A stretch of DNA of 31,970 bases. Origin: Candidatus Woesearchaeota archaeon (GTDB lineage Archaea; Nanobdellota; Nanobdellia; SCGC-AAA011-G17; CAZHCT01). A program made the translations under genes and the position numbers. The notes beneath the pieces were generated by a model, which was not told the origin of the DNA, did not search any database, and saw only the letters and a program-made list of their open reading frames with translations. This document shows, one piece after another, positions 1 to 7,070 of this stretch (position 1 is the first letter of the stretch; every line of letters starts with the position of its first letter). Where the stretch lies: positions 1 to 31,970 of the forward strand of contig CAZHCT010000002.1 in NCBI GenBank assembly GCA_964531355.1. The letters are read 5' to 3'.

Positions 1-499
1 TGTAAGATTCTATCAAGCGAGCATCAGCTGGAATTTTATCGCCTGTTTCAATAAATATAATATCACCTGGAACTAATTCAATTACATCTATTGTTTGTTT
101 TTTGCCATCTCTCAGAACTTCTGTTTTTAAGCTTGATAATTTTTTTAATGCCTGGATTGATTTTTCTGCTTTATACTCCTGCATAAAACCCAGAATTGCA
201 TTTGAAATCAAGATGAAGATTATTGCAATTGCTTCTGCAAAGTCAATTAATCTTGTATTTCCAGGGTTTTCATAGAGCGGAAGAATAATAGAGATTACAG
301 CTGCAATAATCAATATCCATATTAAAATATCTTTGAACTGGTTTAAGAATATTTTTAGAGGAACAAGTTTTTCTTTTTCTTTTATCTGATTCAATCCATA
401 TTGTTTTAACCTTCTAAGAAATTCTTTATTAGTTAAACCTTTTTCAGAACTATCTAATTCCTTAAATACCTCTTTTATTTCTCTCTGGTAAAATTCCAT
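1..499 (-). CDS. P-type cation-transporting ATPase (type II-like), N-terminal part; runs off the window edge
   Basis: Not in ORF track. Manual translation from ATG at 499: MEFYQREIKEVFKELDSSEKGLTNKEFLRRLKQYGLNQI... two TM helices, GFMQEYKAEKSIQALKKL, and actuator motif LVPGDIIFIETGDKIPADARL. Confidence 0.95.
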   Translation of the reverse strand, partial: MEFYQREIKEVFKELDSSEKGLTNKEFLRRLKQYGLNQIKEKEKLVPLKIFLNQFKDILIWILIIAAVISIILPLYENPGNTRLIDFAEAIAIIFILISNAILGFMQEYKAEKSIQALKKLSSLKTEVLRDGKKQTIDVIELVPGDIIFIETGDKIPADARLIESY

Positions 500-515
500 T
501 AATATTTAAGTTAAA

Positions 516-536
516 AATAGAATATTTAATGTTTTC
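516..536. repeat. 21-bp direct repeat, copy 1 (AATAGAATATTTAATGTTTTC)
   Basis: Exact match to 1239-1259. Contains a minus-strand TATA-like ATTAAATA (523-530) 23 nt upstream of the ATPase ATG. Confidence 0.95.
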
Positions 537-544
537 GCTTGAGT

Positions 545-874
545 TTATATTGTAATTTTTAATTTCTGTTTGTTAATTTCTTGATCCATAAATTTTTTAG
601 AGATAGCTAAGTCTAAATCCATTAATTTTTTTACTAGTTGGTTATTCAGATTTAGTTTGTATAGTTCTGCTCTTCCAATTCTTCTAGTTTTTATAACTAT
701 CTCTAGTTTTACAAGTTTATCCCAAAATAGGTGCAATGTACTCCAACCAATATCTGCATTTTTTGCAATATTTGTTAAGCTGTAATCAAATTCCCTATTG
801 TCTAGAAAGAAATCTATAACTTTTACTATTGGAGAATCTCCAAATACTAGCCTAAAGGATGATTTTTCTTCCAT
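545..874 (-). CDS. Small winged-helix (ArsR-like) DNA-binding protein
   Basis: FGDSPIVKVIDFF...YSLTNIAKNADIGWSTLHLFWDKLVKLEIVIKTRRIGRAELYKLN gives HTH plus wing; TATA-like box about 25 nt upstream. Confidence 0.8.
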   Translation of the reverse strand: MEEKSSFRLVFGDSPIVKVIDFFLDNREFDYSLTNIAKNADIGWSTLHLFWDKLVKLEIVIKTRRIGRAELYKLNLNNQLVKKLMDLDLAISKKFMDQEINKQKLKITI

Positions 875-974
875 TGTAATGTATGATAATATTAGCTTAT
901 TTATATACTTTTTGGTATTTAAACATTCATAAATCTGAATAAAAGCTTAAAAATATAGGAGTATTAATAATAAT

Positions 975-1214
975 ATGAATTTAAGAGAAATTATTTTGAG
1001 GAAATTATACAGACGCAGGATAATTGGCGGAAAGCATACTGCAATAGAAAATTTAACAAAAAGTTTGCCAAAGCATATGATAGGGAAAGCAAGAGATGTT
1101 GTTAATGAACTGATTAAAGAAAGGTTTATCTTAGCAAAACCAACTTCTTATGGATTACAGGTTAGTTTAAATCCTGAAAGAATTAACGAAATTTGTAAAA
1201 TTATCGGAGAATAA
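975..1214 (+). CDS. Small basic hypothetical protein, possible winged-helix fold
   Basis: 79-aa ORF divergent from the 109-aa wHTH gene; helix-helix-hairpin pattern AIENLTKSLP...ARDVVNELIKERFILAKPTSYGLQVSLN. Confidence 0.7.
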   Translation: MNLREIILRKLYRRRIIGGKHTAIENLTKSLPKHMIGKARDVVNELIKERFILAKPTSYGLQVSLNPERINEICKIIGE

Positions 1215-1238
1215 TTTAGATTAACTATTCTACTAACC

Positions 1239-1259
1239 AATAGAATATTTAATGTTTTC
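1239..1259. repeat. 21-bp direct repeat, copy 2
   Basis: Exact match to 516-536; lies 2 nt from the stop codon of the 127-aa gene (1262). Confidence 0.95.
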
Positions 1260-1261
1260 AA

Positions 1262-1645
1262 TTACAGAATAAATTTTTCTGTTTTTAATTGGTCATACAG
1301 ATGCATATAATCTGGAGCAGAAGACATATGCTTTAACTTTAATGCATTTCTCCTTAATTTTTCAAAGAAATTGAATATTTTTTCCTTTACATCTTCTTCA
1401 TCTTCAATCCTTATTATTTGAATGCTGTCCAAAATATCATCTGTTTCATAAGTTACATCTGCGCTTCTTTTAACTCTCTTGATTATCTGATCGGCTAGGT
1501 AATCTGAAACTATTTCCCTGCATTCCTGGGTTAATTCTGCCAACTTATTGTCTATATCATAAAGAACGCGGAATTTTATTATATTTTCATTTGGAGCAAA
1601 GTTAACTACTTCGATTTTTTTAATTTTCAAGATAGTTTTTTTCAT
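1262..1645 (-). CDS. Hypothetical protein
   Basis: 127-aa ORF, 4-nt overlap with the upstream gene, normal composition; no recognised motif. Confidence 0.7.
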   Translation of the reverse strand: MKKTILKIKKIEVVNFAPNENIIKFRVLYDIDNKLAELTQECREIVSDYLADQIIKRVKRSADVTYETDDILDSIQIIRIEDEEDVKEKIFNFFEKLRRNALKLKHMSSAPDYMHLYDQLKTEKFIL

Positions 1646-1935
1646 ACATATTCACCGGTTTTTCTAAGTTTTTTATCTATTTCCCTTAATCTTGACATTG
1701 GTTTTATTGTAAGATATCCTCCGATTAAAAATAGGATAATGCAAACAACAATCAGAGAAGTGAACATGTAAGGGATTTCTTTTATATTATAATATTTTGA
1801 TGTTGCCACTAACAGCGTTATTATTGATAATGGGAGAATCAATGTTGTTATGCCTGTTCTGAATTCTGATAGAACTGTGCGTTTTTCAGACAATAAAGTC
1901 ATTATTTTTTCTTGCTTAATTGATTGGCTTGGCAT
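1642..1935 (-). CDS. DUF202/YidH-like small membrane protein
   Basis: LSEKRTVLSEFRTG resembles the DUF202 ERTxLxxxRT motif and is followed by two hydrophobic helices. Confidence 0.65.
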   Translation of the reverse strand: MPSQSIKQEKIMTLLSEKRTVLSEFRTGITTLILPLSIITLLVATSKYYNIKEIPYMFTSLIVVCIILFLIGGYLTIKPMSRLREIDKKLRKTGEYV

Positions 1936-1998
1936 ATTCTTTTTATGATTGAGTTATATTTAAAACTTTCTTTAGATTATGCGTAATTGTTTTTGCTT

Positions 1999-2175
1999 CT
2001 AAAGTTTTTTAATCTCTTTAGAACCTTGCCATTTACCTATTTTAGATCTTATGAAGTTTTGTATTCTTATTGCAGAATCAATCCTATTTGTTTCTCTTAA
2101 TTTAGCGCCAACTAATATTAACATTCTTTTTTCAGATAAATTTAAGCTATCTATTTGTCTTTCTTGGGTTGCCAT
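1999..2175 (-). CDS. Small hypothetical protein (58 aa), below ORF-track cutoff
   Basis: Manual translation MATQERQIDSLNLSEKRMLILVGAKLRETNRIDSAIRIQNFIRSKIGKWQGSKEIKKL; starts 7 nt after the 2183 stop and fills an otherwise empty gap. Confidence 0.5.
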   Translation of the reverse strand: MATQERQIDSLNLSEKRMLILVGAKLRETNRIDSAIRIQNFIRSKIGKWQGSKEIKKL

Positions 2176-2182
2176 ATTATTT

Positions 2183-2803
2183 TTAATCTTTAGCAGTATT
2201 TAAAACTTTCTTCTTTATTACAAAGCTCAGGATTATCAGAAGTGTAGATATTATTGCTGTGTATGTAAAGATTTTTCTTGCTATATCTTTGAAGATTTGC
2301 TCTGGGAAAAGCAGGATTAACTTGTCTTCTAAAGGATTTAACATCCAAAGATCATTATTAAAGAATACAATATGAAATTTTATGAATAAATCTGAAAAAT
2401 TAATTATTGAAAGCAATATAAAAAGCAAGACTATGGATATTATTATCAATCCTGAATAAAGAAATATTTTCTTGAATTCTGATTTATTTTTCCTGAATTG
2501 GATTATAATCAATGCCAATGCAATCAAAGACAGGGAATATAAAAGAATAAATGCATTTTGAATCAGGGATTTTACATCTTTTAGATGCAATTGCTCTTTT
2601 TGATTAAAATAGCTTAATTGTTCTTTGTTCTTTAAATAGTTTAATAAATTTTCAAGCATTGAATCTGCATTTTCTACTTTATCATAAATATTATATTTCT
2701 TGAATTCCTGCTTGTACATTGAAGAATCAAAAACAATCAACCTAAAACTCAATAAGATAATTATTAATGGAATCAAAATTATCAAGAATATTTTTGGTTT
2801 CAT
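2183..2803 (-). CDS. DUF1461/TIGR01906-like integral membrane protein
   Basis: Several TM helices and the motif FHIVFFNNDLWMLNPLEDKLILLFPEQIF. Confidence 0.8.
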   Translation of the reverse strand: MKPKIFLIILIPLIIILLSFRLIVFDSSMYKQEFKKYNIYDKVENADSMLENLLNYLKNKEQLSYFNQKEQLHLKDVKSLIQNAFILLYSLSLIALALIIIQFRKNKSEFKKIFLYSGLIIISIVLLFILLSIINFSDLFIKFHIVFFNNDLWMLNPLEDKLILLFPEQIFKDIARKIFTYTAIISTLLIILSFVIKKKVLNTAKD

Positions 2804-3354
2804 TTACATATGAATTCGCAAAAACTATTTCCTTTTGCAAGACATCTTGTTTCAACGCAGTCAATTTTTTTATTAAACAGATAAGAGAACATTCCTGCTA
2901 GAACAGCTGCATTAATTGTACAAGAATTTGTTTTAGATTTGCCTTGCTTAAGAGAAGCTTGAGCGATTGGACTTTCATAAACACGAATTACAGCTTGTTT
3001 TTTATCATTGTTTAAATCTACTACCTGCAATTTGCCTAATCCATAAACCTGGTAAATCTCTTCAATATTTTTTAATACTCCGCCCAAGCTAGAGCCTAAT
3101 TTTTTTCCGAATTCACTTATATCTGCAAATGAAACTTCTTTTAATACTTTGTATGCTTTAGAATGCATCAACTCAAGATTTTTTAATGTGCTTGTTTTTA
3201 TTATAGAATATATTTTACTTTGGTCAATGTTTTGAAGCTCCAAGACTGCATCATTGCTGAGCATAATATGTTTTTGCCCAAGAATTTCTATTTTTCCATC
3301 AATTAAAGAGAACTGCCTTGCAAATATCAACCTCTTTACAAAGTCTGAAATCAT
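2800..3354 (-). CDS. V4R (4-vinyl reductase) domain protein
   Basis: YGLGKLQV...ESPIA...C...AVLAGMFSYLFNKKIDCVETRCLAKGNSFCEF matches the V4R Cys pattern. Confidence 0.85.
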   Translation of the reverse strand: MISDFVKRLIFARQFSLIDGKIEILGQKHIMLSNDAVLELQNIDQSKIYSIIKTSTLKNLELMHSKAYKVLKEVSFADISEFGKKLGSSLGGVLKNIEEIYQVYGLGKLQVVDLNNDKKQAVIRVYESPIAQASLKQGKSKTNSCTINAAVLAGMFSYLFNKKIDCVETRCLAKGNSFCEFICK

Positions 3355-3408
3355 AGTATTTTAAAGATATTATTCGTATTTAAAGATTTCTTTTATTAAT
3401 TATCTTTT

Positions 3409-3942
3409 TTAGTATAATTTTCCTTCTTCTAGCACCATTAATCCTGGAAAATATCTAGTTAAGCCATGAAAGCGTTTGTTGTTATCTTTTTGATCATTAA
3501 ATTTCTCATTAATCTTTTTACATTCCTCTTCATCAAATTTTCCATCATTATTACCTAAATATTTGTCAAATAGATTTTCAAATCGAGTATAAACTTCTGG
3601 ACTGCTTAAAACTATGCATAATGAGTCAAATTCATCATTACTTGTCATATAATCTTCATTTCCAAATTTGTCAGCTAAACTACAAAACATTTTTTTACCG
3701 ATTTCAGCTTTTATTTCATAATTCTGCCTTTTAACAATTGCTTGAGGCTGGTCTGAAATGCTCATCATCCTATCTAAAGTTTTACCAATCATATCATATA
3801 TTTTATCTTCACTATAACCTGTTCTTTTTGATATTTTTTCTATTTCAATAGTATAATCTGGTGAACTACAAGCAAAATTTCCAAGAGCAAGAGTTCCTGT
3901 TAAAAAAATCCATGCCAACCTCTTTAATTTGTTTTTTATCAT
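3409..3942 (-). CDS. Predicted lipoprotein/secreted hypothetical protein
   Basis: Basic N-terminus, hydrophobic stretch and Cys (MIKNKLKRLAWIFLTGTLALGNFAC); TATA at 3964-3971. Confidence 0.65.
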   Translation of the reverse strand: MIKNKLKRLAWIFLTGTLALGNFACSSPDYTIEIEKISKRTGYSEDKIYDMIGKTLDRMMSISDQPQAIVKRQNYEIKAEIGKKMFCSLADKFGNEDYMTSNDEFDSLCIVLSSPEVYTRFENLFDKYLGNNDGKFDEEECKKINEKFNDQKDNNKRFHGLTRYFPGLMVLEEGKLY

Positions 3943-3963
3943 AAATAAGTGAATATTCTAATC

Positions 3964-4012
3964 TTTATAAAACCTTTTTTATAATGTAATAGTAGCACAA
4001 AACATTTAAATA
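3964..4012. promoter_or_regulatory. Divergent archaeal promoters (TTTATAAA 3964-3971 for the minus gene; TTTAAATA 4005-4012 for the KaiC-like gene)
   Basis: Each box lies 21-22 nt from its ATG, the spacing seen throughout the window. Confidence 0.6.
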
Positions 4013-4034
4013 GAATAAAAATGTAGGTTTAATA

Positions 4035-4721
4035 ATGAATGAGAGGGTATCTTCTGGGATAAATGGACTAGATCCTTTGATTAATGGGGGGTTTGTAAGC
4101 AATTCTATAAACTTAGTTACAGGCGGAGCAGGAGCTGGAAAAACAATATTTTTAGCTCATTTCCTGTATGATGGAGCTTTAAAGAATGAAAAGGGATTGT
4201 TTATTTCGTTTGAGCAGGATATAATAAGCGTAAAAAAGGATTTAGAGGGTTTTGGATTTAATTTTGACAAGCTTGAAAGCAAAGGATTAATAAAATTTAT
4301 TTATATGGGTCCTTACAAACAAAAAGATTTACAGGCTGAAATTCTTAAAGAGGTTAGCAAGTTTAAAGCTTCAAGAGTTGCAATAGATTCATTAAGCGTT
4401 TTTGCAATGTCCTTTAAAGATGAATATGAGATTAGAAGACAGATTTATACTTTAGGGAATTTATTGAACAGAATAAACTGCACTGTTATTGCTACTTCTG
4501 AAACGGTTGGAGAAGCTCCATTAGATGTCAGTTCTGGCGGAAGATTAACAAGATATGGCGTAGAAGAGTTTATTGCTGATTCTGTAATTACTCTGCATAA
4601 TGCTGGAATTGGAGGAGAAGCAGATAGAGCATTAAGAATTGTCAAGATGAGAAGGACAGCTCATGCTAGGGGAGTTGTACCAATGCAGATTACCAATAAA
4701 GGAATTGTTGTTAAAAAATAA
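4035..4721 (+). CDS. Single-domain KaiC/RAD55-like RecA-superfamily ATPase
   Basis: RVSSGINGLDPLINGGF, Walker A GGAGAGKT, Walker B RVAIDSLS, EEFIADSVITL, RALRIVKMRRTAH. Confidence 0.92.
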   Translation: MNERVSSGINGLDPLINGGFVSNSINLVTGGAGAGKTIFLAHFLYDGALKNEKGLFISFEQDIISVKKDLEGFGFNFDKLESKGLIKFIYMGPYKQKDLQAEILKEVSKFKASRVAIDSLSVFAMSFKDEYEIRRQIYTLGNLLNRINCTVIATSETVGEAPLDVSSGGRLTRYGVEEFIADSVITLHNAGIGGEADRALRIVKMRRTAHARGVVPMQITNKGIVVKK

Positions 4722-4941
4722 TATCTTCTTTTGAATATCTCTTGGTTGGAAAGGTACATTGATTCTTATAATAGGGGCATTTTGATCTTATTTTTTCTGC
4801 TTGTTTTTTTGTCAATTCAGAATAAAAATCAAGTATGTTGCATTTTTTATTGTAAAAGAATGAACAAGGAAATATTCCCTTAGATACAGAATTAATGTGG
4901 GCATATAGTAGTCTTATTTCCAATCTTGTATTATTGTGCAT
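4711..4941 (-). CDS. Small Cys-containing hypothetical protein
   Basis: 76-aa ORF with 4 Cys, promoter-like AAAGCTTATA upstream, convergent with the KaiC-like gene. Confidence 0.5.
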   Translation of the reverse strand: MHNNTRLEIRLLYAHINSVSKGIFPCSFFYNKKCNILDFYSELTKKQAEKIRSKCPYYKNQCTFPTKRYSKEDIIF

Positions 4942-5004
4942 TTATAACAAAAAATCTTTTAGAATATAAGCTTTTTTATTAAGTAAAACAATCTTTGCAA
5001 TTGC

Positions 5005-5024
5005 TATTTTCTAGACTTAAAATA
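5005..5024. repeat. 20-bp direct repeat, copy 1 (TATTTTCTAGACTTAAAATA)
   Basis: Exact match to 5549-5568; has 6-bp inverted ends (TATTTT...AAAATA). Confidence 0.95.
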
Positions 5025-5038
5025 ATTTATTATTTTAT

Positions 5039-5269
5039 TTATTTTCTAAGCAATTTAAGAAAATCCTCTCTGCCTAATCCGCTTTGAGAGATTATGCTTA
5101 ATAATGTTCCTTTCGCAAGTTCTTTGTGCTTTGGAACAACTACAGTTATCTTTTGTTCTGGAATATTTTTGCATAAGATCATATGGCTTCCTGATTGCCT
5201 AGTCAATATAAATCCTGTCTTCTTTAGCACCTTTACTATTTCATCACCTGAAACAATGGGTAATTTCAT
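5039..5269 (-). CDS. hicA: HicA-family type II toxin (mRNA interferase)
   Basis: MKLPIVSGDEIVKVLKKTGF...RQSGSHMIL...VVVPKHKELAKGTLLSIISQSGL is a HicA signature. Confidence 0.92.
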   Translation of the reverse strand: MKLPIVSGDEIVKVLKKTGFILTRQSGSHMILCKNIPEQKITVVVPKHKELAKGTLLSIISQSGLGREDFLKLLRK

Positions 5270-5505
5270 AAGAATAATCTTGTAGCTATTGGAGGCAGAA
5301 GTTTTTCTTGTTCTTTAGGAAACTTTTCTGGACATTCTTCTAAGTAAAGATTAATTGCATCTTTTATGTTTTCTATTGCTTCTTCATAACTATAACCTTG
5401 ACTAGCAATTCCTAAATTTAAGCAATGAGCAACAAAAACTTTTTTTCCATTAATTATTTCTTCATTTACAGCTATGTCAAAAACTCCATTCATTTTTCTT
5501 TCCAT
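5266..5505 (-). CDS. hicB: Short HicB-family antitoxin without a C-terminal DNA-binding domain
   Basis: FVAHCLNLGIASQGYSYEEAIENIKDAINLYLE; 4-nt overlap with hicA; ATG at 5505 preferred over GTG at 5511. Confidence 0.88.
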   Translation of the reverse strand: MERKMNGVFDIAVNEEIINGKKVFVAHCLNLGIASQGYSYEEAIENIKDAINLYLEECPEKFPKEQEKLLPPIATRLFL

Positions 5506-5509
5506 ATAC

Positions 5510-5582
5510 ACTTAATTGTTTTATTTATTTATAAGCTTTATGGTGCATTATTTTCTAGACTTAAAATACTTAATTGTTTTAT
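5510..5582. repeat. 15-bp direct repeat ACTTAATTGTTTTAT (5510-5524 and 5568-5582) plus 20-bp repeat copy 2 (5549-5568)
   Basis: Exact matches read directly; 5549-5582 is the 3' end of the 116-aa gene. Confidence 0.9.
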
Positions 5583-5898
5583 CCAATGCTTTTCTGAATC
5601 TTAATGATTTTTTTTCATTGATAAATGCTGCTTCTATCTCTGGATTTTTGCTTATGACAATCTCAAGAAAACCATTTTTTTCAAACATAAACCTTTCATA
5701 GCACTTGTTGTTTATTATGTCAAATCCCATTGAATAGATTTTTTCCTTAAAGTATTTTTCAAGAATTTTCATGAATTTTTCCAATGAGCTCCATGCTTCA
5801 TGAGTTTTCTTCAACTTTTTATCCAGTTTTAACTCTTCTTTTACTGCAAAAGGCAGTATACTTCTTTTATCATTGAGTCTTATTGTGTATGATTTCAT
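5548..5898 (-). CDS. Hypothetical protein
   Basis: 116-aa ORF with TATA-like TTTATATT about 25 nt upstream; no recognised motif. Confidence 0.65.
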   Translation of the reverse strand: MKSYTIRLNDKRSILPFAVKEELKLDKKLKKTHEAWSSLEKFMKILEKYFKEKIYSMGFDIINNKCYERFMFEKNGFLEIVISKNPEIEAAFINEKKSLRFRKALDKTIKYFKSRK

Positions 5899-5963
5899 CT
5901 TTTATATATTATTTATTCAATAAATATAAACCTATTGTTTTTGATTTTTATATCATCTTGCTC

Positions 5964-6001
5964 TTACCCTCTACATCTTAAAATTAGATTGTAAAGGGTA
6001 A
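5964..6001. repeat. 38-bp palindromic site TTACCCTCTACA-N14-TGTAAAGGGTAA at the Fic 3' end
   Basis: 12-bp inverted arms with one mismatch; partner site at 7033-7070. Confidence 0.95.
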
Positions 6002-6002
6002 A

Positions 6003-7001
6003 TTAAAGGAATATGCTCCAATAGGAATCTATCATCTCTTGCGAGATAAATTGAATTAATCCAAAGTAATCCTCTCTTGGGGATTGGGTAAGCGGACTTT
6101 TATCGGATCTTCTAAGCTGATTTAAGTATTCTGCTCTTCTTTTTTTGTATATTACCAGCGGCGGATATCCATTTTTCATCAAGATAAAATTCAAGAGCAT
6201 TCTTCCTGTTCTTCCATTGCCATCCATAAATGGATGTATCTTTTCTATTTTATGATGAAAGATAGAGGCTAAAGCTATCGGATGAAGCTTTTTTTTATTC
6301 TGTTCATACCATCTTAGCAATAGGTCCATATCTGTTTTAACATAGGGGGCTGGCGTTGCATCAAAATTAGACCTTAAAACTCTTACATCAGCATTTCTAT
6401 ATCCTTTTCTTTGGTCTATATTTTCTGTTAGATCAGAATGAACTTTAATTATAAGCTCATGGTTTATTTCTTCATTGCATTTTATTAAATCTAAAAAAAC
6501 TCTTTCTGTGTTTTGCAAATCATAAATTTCTCTTAATGTTTTATTCTTGGGGGTAAGGCCTTCTTCTAATAGGTTTGCTGCTTCTTTTAGCGTTATTGTG
6601 TTTCCTTCTATAGATGCTGTGTTAAATGCAAATTCTATTATAAAATACTTAAATATTTCTTTTTTTCCGAGATTATCTTTTTTTAAAAAAACATTATTAT
6701 AATGCAATTTACAGGCTTCTACTTCAATAAGCTTTTTATCCAGAAACTGGTCTTTTTTAAGCTTCAACGAAGCAGCCTTTTCCAGAAAATGATTTGATTC
6801 TATAAAGGAGTTAATAGTTTTGTAGGCTTTTCTTATTTGTTTTTTATATTTCTTCAGCTTGCTCATAGATTTCCTTACTTCTTCTATGGAACTGCCTAAG
6901 TAAGCAATGTCTTTAACCATTATTTTATTTTTTATTCTTTCAGAAGCTCTGAGGTAATAATAAGGTTTTCCGCTGACGATTTTTTTGTATATATAAACCA
7001 T
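6003..7001 (-). CDS. Fic-domain protein with an N-terminal extension
   Basis: Complete catalytic motif HPFMDGNGRTGR; FAFNTASIEGNTITL; N-terminal beta-rich YIYKKIVSGKPYYYLRASER segment. Confidence 0.95.
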   Translation of the reverse strand: MVYIYKKIVSGKPYYYLRASERIKNKIMVKDIAYLGSSIEEVRKSMSKLKKYKKQIRKAYKTINSFIESNHFLEKAASLKLKKDQFLDKKLIEVEACKLHYNNVFLKKDNLGKKEIFKYFIIEFAFNTASIEGNTITLKEAANLLEEGLTPKNKTLREIYDLQNTERVFLDLIKCNEEINHELIIKVHSDLTENIDQRKGYRNADVRVLRSNFDATPAPYVKTDMDLLLRWYEQNKKKLHPIALASIFHHKIEKIHPFMDGNGRTGRMLLNFILMKNGYPPLVIYKKRRAEYLNQLRRSDKSPLTQSPREDYFGLIQFISQEMIDSYWSIFL

Positions 7002-7032
7002 AATTAAGATGAGTAATCTCTATTTATAAACT

Positions 7033-7070
7033 TTACCCTTTACATTAATAAATTAAATTGTAGAGGGTAA
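7033..7070. repeat. 38-bp palindromic site TTACCCTTTACA-N14-TGTAGAGGGTAA upstream of Fic
   Basis: Same 12-14-12 architecture as 5964-6001; abuts the Fic TATA box (7023-7030) and the stop codon of the 710-aa gene (7071). Confidence 0.95.

Noticed and set aside
3520-3565. EF-hand-like LGNNDGKFDEEE in the lipoprotein
   Set aside because: Position 1 is Leu rather than Asp and there is no paired second loop.
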